Shown here one piece after another: positions 45,751 through 55,288 of a DNA stretch of 64,000 nucleotides. Every line of letters begins with the position of its first letter. Within the stretch, counting starts at the first letter, position 1. The notes under the pieces were generated by a model. It was given only the letters and a program-made list of their open reading frames with translations. It searched no databases and was not told where the DNA came from. The position numbers were made by a program, and so were the translations under genes. Location of the stretch: NCBI GenBank assembly GCA_963760795.1, contig CAVXEP010000013.1, positions 96,001-160,000 of the forward strand. Reading direction: 5' to 3'. The stretch comes from an uncultured delta proteobacterium (lineage in GTDB: Bacteria; Desulfobacterota; Binatia; UBA9968).

Positions 45751-47292
45751 CTATCTAAATTCAGCCTTCTTGGTTAGATAGTATTTCTTCATCGCCGGGC
45801 GGTATTTTTCCATCATCTCTTTGTTGAGGTCGAGCGGCGGCTTCGCGCCTTCGGGAAGCAGCGAGAAATACTTGCTGTCTTTGGTATCTTGCTCGAACTG
45901 CTTCTTGGCAGCATCTCGTAATTCAGGAGATGTCAGCAAATCCAGCACCGACGCAGCGATCACCTTCGCTCCGGTCACTGCGCCTTTGTGGCCGATCGAC
46001 ATCGTCGGGGTAATGCCTGCCGACCAGTGATGCGCCTGAATGCCGGGCACAACTGACGGGAAACGAATCGTTCCTGTCGGCACCACCCAGGTAATGTCAC
46101 CGATATCGTTGGACGACGAGTTTTGACGGCCTGCTGCCAAAGGCAAGACTTTCGTCGGCAGACCGACTTCCTTCTGACCCATGGATTTTTGCAGTTCTCT
46201 GGCGAACTTGTTTTCGTCTTCCGTCCAATGCGGCATGCCGACCACGTCGATATTCTTCTGCACCGCTTCGGCGATCGTTTTATTGCCGAGGGAAGGCCAC
46301 GCCGCACCGAAGGGCTCCATCTCCATAGTCGTGCCGGTCATCAGCGCCGCGCCTTTGCCGACGTTGACCAGCTTGTCGAAATTTTCCTTCGCCCAGGGTC
46401 CGGTGGCATCCCGGACAAACCACCAGATCTGCCCCATGTCGGGAATGATGTTCGGCTGTATGCCGCCATGGGTGATCGTGCGATGGGCGCGGTAGGTCGG
46501 CCGCAAATGCTCGCGCAGCTTGTCCATGCCGATATCCATCAAAACCACGGCGTCGACGGCGTCTTTGCCATCCCAAGGATTGACGCCGCCATGGGCGGTC
46601 CGGCCCCTGAAGGTAAACTTCGCGCCGATCAAAGCGTAATTCCCCAAGCCATAACCGGTGCCCAGGGTGTCACCGACATGGGTGATCACCGCCGCGTCGA
46701 CATCTTTGAAGTAACCGTCGCGCACGAGATACGGCCGGCTCATCAGCTGCTCTTCCGCCGGACCGATGGAGAGCACCACCGTGCCGGGCAGTTTGAATTG
46801 CTCCATCGCCTTCTTGATCGCGTGCGCCGCACCGACAGCCGCGGCGGCCATTAAATTGTGCCCTTCCATGTGGCCTGGCGCGCCTTCGACAAGCGGCTTG
46901 CGCGGAATACTGCCCGGAGTCTGCGAACCCTCGGGCAGAGAGTCCATTTCCGTCGCAATCGCGATCACCGGTTTGCCCGAGCCCCAGGTCGCCCAAACAT
47001 TGGTCGGCAGACCGGCACCGCCGAGCTCGACTTTAAAGCCAATCTGCTCCAGCGTCGTTTTCAAATACTTGGAGCTCTCGTACTCCTGCATTCCCGGCTC
47101 GCCGAAGTAATAAAGCACATCGCCGACGGTAGCGATCTGCGCCGCGTTGCGCTCGACCACCTCGAACGCAACTTTCTTGGCATCGGCGGGAGAATCAGCG
47201 GTGGCCGGCTTGAAAATAAAAGTAAGTACGAGCGTCAATGAAGCAAGCGCCACAAACGATCTGAAATTAAAAATTAGACTTCTGACGGACAT
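45751..47292 (-). CDS. M20D amidohydrolase (AbgB-like) with predicted signal peptide
   Basis: EPGMQEYES, GHMEGHN, PAEE, SSNDIGDITW; GGAGGAG SD before ATG 47292. Confidence 0.87.
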   Translation of the reverse strand: MSVRSLIFNFRSFVALASLTLVLTFIFKPATADSPADAKKVAFEVVERNAAQIATVGDVLYYFGEPGMQEYESSKYLKTTLEQIGFKVELGGAGLPTNVWATWGSGKPVIAIATEMDSLPEGSQTPGSIPRKPLVEGAPGHMEGHNLMAAAAVGAAHAIKKAMEQFKLPGTVVLSIGPAEEQLMSRPYLVRDGYFKDVDAAVITHVGDTLGTGYGLGNYALIGAKFTFRGRTAHGGVNPWDGKDAVDAVVLMDIGMDKLREHLRPTYRAHRTITHGGIQPNIIPDMGQIWWFVRDATGPWAKENFDKLVNVGKGAALMTGTTMEMEPFGAAWPSLGNKTIAEAVQKNIDVVGMPHWTEDENKFARELQKSMGQKEVGLPTKVLPLAAGRQNSSSNDIGDITWVVPTGTIRFPSVVPGIQAHHWSAGITPTMSIGHKGAVTGAKVIAASVLDLLTSPELRDAAKKQFEQDTKDSKYFSLLPEGAKPPLDLNKEMMEKYRPAMKKYYLTKKAEFR

Positions 47293-47373
47293 AGGAACTC
47301 CTCCTCTTGGCAATCGGCTTATCACGACCGGAGGATAAAATCGAAGTCCAGTAAAAAGGTTCTCAATCCCGGG

Positions 47374-47743
47374 TGTCATTCCGAGCAGAGCGAGGAATCT
47401 CGTCCTCTCCCACCCGGCACTAAGGTCAAACCACTTGGGATTGACCAAAACTATCAATTCAGTTTTTTTCTTACGGCGCCAACCCTAGAATTCCTTTTCG
47501 CTAGCCAGCGCGGCATGGATATCGCCCGTTTCTTCGATGTAAACGGGCTGGTTGATGTTGTAACGAAAGGTAGAACCTGGAAGCAACTTATTTTTATGCT
47601 CGTAGACGCGCCGTCTGGTGTCGTTGGTAACACCTGTTTAGAGCGTACGCGATGTATTGGACATGATGTAAACGTAGTAGTGATTTCTGGACATATGCGC
47701 CGCTCGGAACGAAATCGAGACCCTTCGCTACGTCAGGGCGACA
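47374..47743. mobile_element. GIY-YIG nuclease cassette bounded by imperfect palindromic inverted repeats
   Basis: Left arm tgtcattccgagcagagcgaggaatctcg (47374-47402); right arm cgagacccttcgctacgtcagggcgaca (47716-47743). Confidence 0.65.
47410..47694 (-). pseudogene. Small GIY-YIG nuclease (YhbQ/UPF0213-like) with two in-frame stops
   Basis: Manual translation MSRNHYYVYIMSNTSRTL*TGVTNDTRRRVYEHK...EKEF*GWRRKKKTELIVLVNPKWFDLS; TAA 47640-47638, TAG 47487-47485. Confidence 0.8.
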
Positions 47744-47799
47744 CGCAAAGTTCGTTACTTACCGAGGTGTAATTCAAAATTTGAATCGATACGCGAGAC

Positions 47800-48420
47800 A
47801 CGCAGACCAAACCAAGAACATAAGGCGTTCCCCTGAGCCTCAAGACAAAATTCCCGTCGCGCATGTTGTAGACCTTTTGGAATTTCTCCCGCGCCTTGGG
47901 GTCGTGGCTCGCCATGATCACAGTCTTGCCGTATTTTTCCGCCAAGGAAAGAAACAATGCCGTGACCGTGCTGGTGTTGCCGGTGTCGAAATTGCCGGTG
48001 GGCTCGTCGGCGAAAATCAGCGCCGGATCGTTGGCCAGCGCCAGCGCCACCGGCGACGCGCTGTTGCTCGCCGCCGGACAAGTTCCTCCGGCCGTTTGTA
48101 CCCCTTGGCGCCGAGGCCGACATGTCGCGCAATCACTGGGTGCGCACTTCGCGGCCGCACTCGACGCCGCGATAAGCATGGGCAGCTCGAGGTTCTCCAC
48201 CGCGGTCAAGGTCGGACATCAGGTTGAAACGACTGAGAGATCGATTGGCGACTTTGTGAAGCCGGATACTTGTCCAATCGCGCAATCCGACAGCGACATA
48301 ACTTTTGATCAACCGACATGAATCTACACATCCGTTGGCGTGATCGACGCAGCCGAGGATATTGAGCAACGTTGTCATTGCCACAGCTCGAGGCCCATCG
48401 AGCCACTGCGTCGCCCATGT
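47800..48420 (-). pseudogene. LolD/MacB-type ABC ATPase, heavily garbled
   Basis: Fragments TTLLNILGCVD, LTAVENLELPM, LSGGEQQRVA, ALANDPALIFADEPTGN and MASHDP in different frames; ends approximate. Confidence 0.7.
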
Positions 48421-48575
48421 CCTAATTATTGAAAATTTTGCCATCCTGCTCCGATTCACCCCGAAAATATCAAAAGGAGTTGCGCACCCGAGAAAATTGC
48501 GCGGGATTTTCTTCTGTTGCGGGTTGTGCTCGCCGGCTAATTTCGGTACCCTGCCGAGAGTTTTGGGGTTTTCCT

Positions 48576-49982
48576 ATGCGGTCTAGCAGAATCGTCAATT
48601 ATCTGCTGTTGGCAATTGTTGGAATCTCAGGTTGCGCCAGCAGGGATCGCCAGTACTACAGCGCGGCCGCTACTTCAGCCCCGACACCCATCGTCCGCGT
48701 TCTGCCGTTAGCTGCACACCCGACACCGACTCCAGAGCCAACCGCGCCGCAAGTGCCGCAGCAGGTTGTATCGCCTGAACTAGCTGAACCCGTTCTTGTG
48801 CCGCCCATGCCGCGGCCCCAACCGCCGCCGTTCGCGCCAGTTGCCGAAGTCAAAAACGATCGCACCGATGGCCGTGAAAAATCGGCACCAACGCCTGCGC
48901 CAACAAATCAAAGCGCGACGCTTAATCCGGCCAGCCTCGACAACCGGCTGCTGGAATTTTTGGAAAAAGATATCGACAAGGCGGTAGAGCAGCCCAAAGA
49001 GCGCCGTCATCTGCAGTTTTCCAAGGATGTCATCGACCATCCGCGCGTGCGTCAGTTCGTGAGCCAATATTCGGTTACCAACAAGGTCTATTTTGAGACT
49101 CTGCTAGCGCGCTCCGGCAAATACATGCCGATCATCGCCAAAGTCTTGGGCGACGAAGGGCTGCCGGAAGAGTTGGCGTATCTCGCCCTACTCGAAAGCG
49201 AATTCCTGGTGAACACAACATCGCAATCTGGTGCGGTGGGACTCTGGCAATTCGTCCCAGGCACGGCGCGCCAGTACGGCCTGCGCATCGACGATTGGGT
49301 CGACGAACGGCGCGACCCGGTGAAGTCCACTAGAGCCGCCGCCGCTTATTTAAAGGATCTGCATCGCTACTACGGCCGTTGGTACCTGGTGACGGCGGCC
49401 TACAACGCCGGCCCGGCAATTATCGACAAAGCATTGCAAACCAGCCGCGCGGCAGATTTCTGGGGTATCAAAGAAAAAGCTCAATTGCGGCAGGAAACCC
49501 GCAACTTCGTGCCCAAGTTCGTCGCCATCGCGTTGATCGCCACCAATCCAAAAAAATACGGCTTTAATAATTTGCGTTACGAGGAGCCGCTGGAATTCGA
49601 CGAGGTGGATGCCGAAGGCTTGCTCAAGCTCGACGCCGCAGCGGAAATGGCCGAAGCCGACCTAACGGCGATGAAAGAACTCAATCCGGCGCTGCTGCGC
49701 AACGTTACGCCGCCAGGGGCGCGTGGTTATCGTTTGCGCGTCCCGGCTGGCAAGGCCCTAGTATTTGCCAAAGCTGGCGAATACCAACGCAACCAGGAGC
49801 AGGAATCGGTGCGGCTGGTTACCCACGAGGTGCAACGAGGCGAAACTCTCTTTTCCATCGCCGCGCGTTATGGTCAAGCCGTCAGCTCGCTCATGGAACT
49901 CAACGGCTTGACCACGGCACGACTGCAAATCGGTCAGAAGCTTCGGATTATTTTTGAAGGTATCCGCGGTACGCTGCGCTAA
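48576..49982 (+). CDS. MltD-like lytic transglycosylase lipoprotein with LysM
   Basis: Lipobox ISGC, LLESEF, GLWQF, AAYNAG, ETRNFV, LysM HEVQRGETLFSIA. Confidence 0.9.
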   Translation: MRSSRIVNYLLLAIVGISGCASRDRQYYSAAATSAPTPIVRVLPLAAHPTPTPEPTAPQVPQQVVSPELAEPVLVPPMPRPQPPPFAPVAEVKNDRTDGREKSAPTPAPTNQSATLNPASLDNRLLEFLEKDIDKAVEQPKERRHLQFSKDVIDHPRVRQFVSQYSVTNKVYFETLLARSGKYMPIIAKVLGDEGLPEELAYLALLESEFLVNTTSQSGAVGLWQFVPGTARQYGLRIDDWVDERRDPVKSTRAAAAYLKDLHRYYGRWYLVTAAYNAGPAIIDKALQTSRAADFWGIKEKAQLRQETRNFVPKFVAIALIATNPKKYGFNNLRYEEPLEFDEVDAEGLLKLDAAAEMAEADLTAMKELNPALLRNVTPPGARGYRLRVPAGKALVFAKAGEYQRNQEQESVRLVTHEVQRGETLFSIAARYGQAVSSLMELNGLTTARLQIGQKLRIIFEGIRGTLR

Positions 49983-49985
49983 ACC

Positions 49986-51272
49986 CTACTTGCGTTTACT
50001 CATCTCAACGAAGTCGCGGGTCGGCGCCCCTAGATAGATCTGCTTGGGCCGGGCGAGTTTTTGTTCGGGATCGGTGAGCATTTCTTCCCACTGGGCGACC
50101 CAGCCGACAGTTCGCGGTATCGCGAAGAGTACCGGGAACATGTCCATCGGCAAGCCCATCGACTGGTAAATCAACCCCGAATAGAAATCGACATTTGGAT
50201 AGAGCTTACGCTTGATGAAGTAATCGTCGCTGAGCGCGATCCGTTCGAGCTCCAAGGCGATTTCGAGCAGCGGATTTTTTCCCATCACCTCGAACACTTG
50301 GTCTGCGATGTTTTTGATTATGCGGGCGCGCGGATCGTAATTCTTGTAGACCCGATGGCCAAAGCCCATCAGGCGGCCCGAGCCGGCTTTGACCTTTTGG
50401 ATGAACTCGGGAACTTTGTCCTTGGAACCGATCTCCATCAGCATGCGCAATACCGCCTCATTGGCGCCGCCATGGAGCGGGCCGTAGAGCGCCGCCGCCG
50501 CGCCGGCAACAGACGAGTAGGGATCAGGCTGGGAACTGCCGATGCCGCGCATGGCATTGGTGCTACAGTTCTGTTCATGATCGGCATGCAAGATGAAGAG
50601 AATATCCAAGGCGCGCTCGAGCACCGGGTTGGGTTTGTACTTGAGCTCGGTCATCTTAAACAGCATATTCAAGAAGTTGCCGGTGTAGCTCAAGTCATTG
50701 TCCGGGTAGGAAAACGGTAACCCGAGACTATGGCGGTAGGCGAAGGCCGCCAAGGTCGGCATTTTGCCGACCAAACGATAAGTCTGCTCGCGCCGATTCT
50801 GCGCGTCGAAAATTTTTTTCGCGTTAGGGTAAAACGTCGACAACGCGCCCACGGTACTCACCAGCATACCCATGGGATGGGCATCGTGATGAAAACCGTC
50901 GATGAGCTTTTTAATGTTTTCGTGAATTATCGAATGATAAGTAACGTGGTGCGCGAAGTCGTCCAATTGCCCCTGGGTTGGCAGTTCGCCGTTTAGAATC
51001 AGATAGGCGGTCTCCAAGAAGGTGCTCTTCTCGGCGATCTGCTCGATCGGATAGCCACGGTAGCGCAATATGCCTTTGTCGCCATCGATATAGGTAATCT
51101 TACTTTGACATGACGCCGTATTCATGAAACCGGGGTCGTAACTGACGATCCCTTCGTCTTCAGAGATTTTGATCTGGAACAAATCCGTCGCCTTGATAGC
51201 ACCGTTTTTGATTGGGATCTCGTACTGTTTTCCGGTCCGGTTATCGACAATCGTTAGAGTCTCAGCAGCCAT
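49986..51272 (-). CDS. gltA: Citrate synthase (type II)
   Basis: HADHEQNCST, GPLHGGANE, GFGHRVYK, YPNVDFYSG. Confidence 0.96.
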   Translation of the reverse strand: MAAETLTIVDNRTGKQYEIPIKNGAIKATDLFQIKISEDEGIVSYDPGFMNTASCQSKITYIDGDKGILRYRGYPIEQIAEKSTFLETAYLILNGELPTQGQLDDFAHHVTYHSIIHENIKKLIDGFHHDAHPMGMLVSTVGALSTFYPNAKKIFDAQNRREQTYRLVGKMPTLAAFAYRHSLGLPFSYPDNDLSYTGNFLNMLFKMTELKYKPNPVLERALDILFILHADHEQNCSTNAMRGIGSSQPDPYSSVAGAAAALYGPLHGGANEAVLRMLMEIGSKDKVPEFIQKVKAGSGRLMGFGHRVYKNYDPRARIIKNIADQVFEVMGKNPLLEIALELERIALSDDYFIKRKLYPNVDFYSGLIYQSMGLPMDMFPVLFAIPRTVGWVAQWEEMLTDPEQKLARPKQIYLGAPTRDFVEMSKRK

Positions 51273-51346
51273 TGGAATTTACCTTTCACAACTGTTCGCA
51301 CTTTAGCCTTTTTATTAGACCATCGCCATGCGCCGGTCAACTGTGC

Positions 51347-51805
51347 TCACCGCGGCGTAGCGGATATCGACCAGCTGAGCCTCCATCCTGCCGGGTGCCG
51401 GGTCATGCAGGCCAGAGTCGCCGGCGCAAACTCGATCACCGCCCGCTCGGCGTCGCCGGTAGTTAGCAAACCGGCGAGCCGGCAAAGGTAAGGCAAGTGG
51501 CTCACCAGCATTAGCGGGCGGCTGGTCGTTTCCAGCGCGGCCTTGACGATAAATGGATCGTCGTCAGGGCATAGCCCGCCAAGTTCGCGCACGCCCTCTG
51601 CCGGAGCCAGTACCGCGGCGACCAGTTCAGCGGTCTGTTGTGCCCGCAAGATACCGGAATGATAGATCCAGGCGACCGCCACACCGCGAGCGCTGGCCAG
51701 TCGCGCCAGTGCGATCACTTCGTCCCGCCCGCGTTGCGACAGCGGGCGGCGACCGTCGGGAGTCCCCGACAACGCTGCGCCGTGGCGCATCAGATAACAG
51801 TCCAC
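51347..51805 (-). CDS. sixA: Phosphohistidine phosphatase
   Basis: YLMRHG, RPLS, SGILRAQQTA, LVSHLP. Confidence 0.85.
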   Translation of the reverse strand: MDCYLMRHGAALSGTPDGRRPLSQRGRDEVIALARLASARGVAVAWIYHSGILRAQQTAELVAAVLAPAEGVRELGGLCPDDDPFIVKAALETTSRPLMLVSHLPYLCRLAGLLTTGDAERAVIEFAPATLACMTRHPAGWRLSWSISATPR

Positions 51806-51989
51806 CGCCTACTAAGTCCTCGCTACTCAGTTCCCCGGAACATCAAAAATGGTTTTGCGGATTGGTCTTTGCAGTTAGTTATATGACCGCGATCGGCGCA
51901 AGCGCCATTAATTCTTGCAAAAGGCCATTGTTGATATAATATGCAGACCAGCGTTTTGCAATCGAATCTTTCTCCAAGTTTGCGTAACC

Positions 51990-52718
51990 GTGATCGAATT
52001 CACCAAGGTCAACAAATGGTTCGGCGCACTCCATGTGCTGAGCGACATCGACCTCAGCATCGCTGCCGGGAACGTGGTGGTGGTCTGCGGTCCGAGCGGC
52101 AGCGGCAAGAGCACGCTGATCCGTTGCATCAATCGCCTCGAAACCATTCAATCCGGCGATATCATTGTCGATGGAATATCATTGTCGGATCCCAAGATCG
52201 ACGCCGCCAAGCTGCGTGCCAACGTCGGCATGGTGTTCCAGTCATTCAATCTCTATCCGCACATGACGGTGTTGCAAAATATCACCCTGGCGCCGGTCAA
52301 AGTTAGAAACATCGGCGCCGCCGACGCCGAAAAAACCGCTACTCAATTGCTGGAGCGCGTCGGCATTCCCGACAAAGCCGATGTCTATCCGGCAAATCTC
52401 TCCGGCGGACAGCAGCAGCGCGTCGCCATCGCCCGCGCTTTAGCGATGAAGCCCAAGGTCATGCTCTTCGACGAGCCGACCTCGGCCCTCGATCCCGAAA
52501 TGATCAACGAAGTGCTGGAAGTTATGACCGACCTGGCCAAGGACGGCATGACCATGGTGGTGGTCACTCACGAAATGGGCTTTGCCCGGCGCGTCGCCCA
52601 CCGGGTCGTCTTCATGGATCAGGGTAAGATCGTCGAGACCGCCGAACCGGAAACATTTTTCGCCGCGCCGCAATCGCCCCGAGCGCAACAATTCTTAAGC
52701 AAAATACTTTCACACTGA
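51990..52718 (+). CDS. Polar amino-acid ABC ATP-binding protein (GlnQ/GltL-like)
   Basis: [28 protein letters not shown]. Confidence 0.93.
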   Translation: MIEFTKVNKWFGALHVLSDIDLSIAAGNVVVVCGPSGSGKSTLIRCINRLETIQSGDIIVDGISLSDPKIDAAKLRANVGMVFQSFNLYPHMTVLQNITLAPVKVRNIGAADAEKTATQLLERVGIPDKADVYPANLSGGQQQRVAIARALAMKPKVMLFDEPTSALDPEMINEVLEVMTDLAKDGMTMVVVTHEMGFARRVAHRVVFMDQGKIVETAEPETFFAAPQSPRAQQFLSKILSH

Positions 52719-52729
52719 GGAGCAAACTT

Positions 52730-53587
52730 ATGAAACGATCGTTAGCAATCCTTGTCATCGCCTACTTTCTCATAGCTCTCACTGACGCGGGCCACGCGCA
52801 AAGCACCCTGGAGAAAATCGATAAGAGCGGCACACTGACCATCGGCACGCGCAACGGCTCACCGCCGTTCGCTTATATCAACAAGAACAATGACTGGGTT
52901 GGTTTTTCCATCGATCTAGTCGAGCATGCGATTCTACCGGCGTTGAACAAAAAGCTTAACAAACAAATCAAGCTGGAAAAAAAGGAGTCGGCGCCAGCGA
53001 CGCGCATTCCTCTGCTCACCTCCAACGCCGTCGATCTGATCGCCGAGACCATGACCGACACCCAGTCGCGGCGCGACCAAGTTGACTTCAGTTTGACCTT
53101 CTTCGTCACCGGCGCGCAATTCCTCGTGCGCAAAGGCAGCCCGGTGAAGAACATCGAAAGCATCGCCGGCAAACGCATCGCCGCCCAGCAGGGCTCGACC
53201 AACGCCAAAATAATTCGCGAACGCGTGCCCAGCGCCAAGCTGGTGGAATTCCCCGACCAGCCCGCCGCCTTCCAAGCGCTCTCCCAGCGCCAAGTCGATG
53301 CCTACACCAACGACGGCATTCAGCTCGCCGGCTTGAAAGCCAAGGCGCCCAAACCAGATGACTGGGCGGTAGCCGGCGAGTTTTTTTCCTACGAGCCCTA
53401 CGGCATGGCGATGCGCAAGAACGATTCGGACTTTCGCCAAGTCGTCAACGTCGGCCTAATGGATGCGATCGCTTCCGGCCGATACGCGGAAATTTACGAA
53501 AAATGGTTCGGCGCCAAAGGCGAAGTCCCCTACCCGCTGACGCCGGAAAATAAACGTTTCTTACAGCTACAAGTCGTGCCGAAATGA
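52730..53587 (+). CDS. Glu/Asp-type amino-acid ABC substrate-binding protein
   Basis: PPFAY, RIPLL, VDFSLTFF, EPYGMAMRK. Confidence 0.9.
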   Translation: MKRSLAILVIAYFLIALTDAGHAQSTLEKIDKSGTLTIGTRNGSPPFAYINKNNDWVGFSIDLVEHAILPALNKKLNKQIKLEKKESAPATRIPLLTSNAVDLIAETMTDTQSRRDQVDFSLTFFVTGAQFLVRKGSPVKNIESIAGKRIAAQQGSTNAKIIRERVPSAKLVEFPDQPAAFQALSQRQVDAYTNDGIQLAGLKAKAPKPDDWAVAGEFFSYEPYGMAMRKNDSDFRQVVNVGLMDAIASGRYAEIYEKWFGAKGEVPYPLTPENKRFLQLQVVPK

Positions 53588-53592
53588 AAAAC

Positions 53593-53655
53593 TGGAGTGA
53601 TGGAGTACTGGAGTGCCGGTCTTAATACCCAATACTCCAATTCTCCTGTTCTCCA
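53593..53655. repeat. Intergenic palindrome of 8-nt units (tggagtNN ... actccaat)
   Basis: tggagtga tggagtac tggagtg ... aataccc aatactcc aattctcc tgttctcca. Confidence 0.75.
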
Positions 53656-53661
53656 TCCCTA

Positions 53662-54387
53662 ATGTCCTACAATTTCAACTGGAGCGTACTGTGGACCGGC
53701 CAGTCGGGCAGCTGGCTGATTCAGGGCGTTCTCACCACACTGCACATTTTCGCTCTCGGACTGCTGATTGCACTCGCTCTCGGAATCGTCGCCGGCGCAT
53801 TACGGACCATGCCGTTTGCGCCGCTGCGCTGGCTCGCCAGCGGCTATGTCGAATTTTTTCGCAACGTGCCGCTGCTGGTCTGGATGTTTTTCTGGTATTT
53901 CGGCGTGCCGCCATTGTTGCCGCAGGCGATTCAGAACTGGCTCTTCGATCACGGCGTGGAATTCTGGGCCGGAGTCTTCGCAATCGGTGTCTACCACGGC
54001 GCGCGCTTTTCTGAAGTCATCCGCGCCGGCATTCAATCGATTCCCAAGACCCAGTTCGAAGCCGCCCTGTCCACCGGACTGACCATCGGTCAAGCCTATC
54101 GATTGATCATCGTGCCCATCGCCCTGCGTTTGATCGTCCCGCCGGCAACCAATGAAATCGTCAACCTGCTCAAGAACTCCTCGGTGGCATTGACCATCGG
54201 CGTCGCCGAGCTGACCTTTCAAACCCGGCAGATTGAAACGTACACCGCCAAGGCATTCGAAGCCTTGGCCGCCGGGACGATCATATATTTAATCCTCTGT
54301 CTCGCCATCGCTTCGATCATGGCCGGCGTCGAGCGGCGCGTCGCGATCCCCGGCATGATCGCCCAAGGACAGACCGGAGCGTCCTAA
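53662..54387 (+). CDS. Amino-acid ABC permease
   Basis: YVEFFRNVPLLV, EVIRAGIQSIP, LLKNSS. Confidence 0.92.
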   Translation: MSYNFNWSVLWTGQSGSWLIQGVLTTLHIFALGLLIALALGIVAGALRTMPFAPLRWLASGYVEFFRNVPLLVWMFFWYFGVPPLLPQAIQNWLFDHGVEFWAGVFAIGVYHGARFSEVIRAGIQSIPKTQFEAALSTGLTIGQAYRLIIVPIALRLIVPPATNEIVNLLKNSSVALTIGVAELTFQTRQIETYTAKAFEALAAGTIIYLILCLAIASIMAGVERRVAIPGMIAQGQTGAS

Positions 54388-54388
54388 A

Positions 54389-55062
54389 ATGGATTTCTCG
54401 GTCGTCACCAACAACTTCGTCTTTCTGATCGCCCAGGGATTTCTCGGTATCGGCGCTTTCACCGGCGGGACGTTACGGCTCGCCGTTCCGGCGATCGTCC
54501 TGGGTTTTATTCTCGGCACCCTGATCGGCCTGGCGCGCTTGTCACAAAGCCGCTGGCTGCACTGGCCGGCGAAAGTTTATATCGAATTCTTCCGCGGCGT
54601 GCCGCTGGTCATGGTGATCTTTTGGTTCTGGTTCATCGTCCCGACCTTGGCTGGGAAATCTCTGCCGGAGTACGCCGTGGCACTGACCGCCTTTGTGATT
54701 TTCGAAGCCGCCTATCTGGCGGAAATCGTCCGCGCCGGCATCCAATCGGTGCCGCGCGGCCAAGTCGAAGCCGCCACCGCCACCGGCCTCTCGAAGCATC
54801 AACTGATGCGCCATGTCATCCTGCCTCAAGCCTTGCGCAACATGATCCCGGCTCTGGTGACCCAATTCATCGTCCTGTTGAAAGACACCTCCCTGGCATC
54901 GATCATCGGCTACGTCGACCTCACCAAAGCCGCTCAGATCGTCAACAATCGCGAGATCCGCCCCTTCGAACTCTATCTCTTCATCGCCATCGTCTATTGG
55001 CTCTGCAGCTACGCCATGTCGCGCTACGCCAACGCTTAGAATCGCGCCTGGCATCGCACTAG
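54389..55062 (+). CDS. Amino-acid ABC permease (indel at the extreme C-terminus)
   Basis: FRGVPL, AEIVRAGIQSVP, LLKDTSL. Confidence 0.9.
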
Positions 55063-55288
55063 ACCCTGCCAGGCATTAGCTCATTGTGCTTTCTCGTTAT
55101 GGATCGCACAAATGTTTTTAATGGTGATGATCACACGAATACACTACAATCATCAGGTTGGCGCTTCGCTAACGGAGAGGGTCCCCGGTTGATAGACCCG
55201 CCGGGCACGCCCCAATTGGCATCGCCTACAAAGCCAGGCTGTAAACCGATCATCGCTCCAACGGAATTATCGCGAGAGAGGAATTGTA

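Noticed and set aside
47293-47457. N-terminal extension of the M20 hydrolase ORF
   Set aside because: It is the GIY-YIG remnant tail plus a repeat arm; a strong SD supports ATG 47292
47485-47640. Recoding of the stops in the GIY-YIG gene
   Set aside because: Stops are TAA and TAG at expected Tyr and Lys positions, consistent with point mutation or error, not Sec/Pyl
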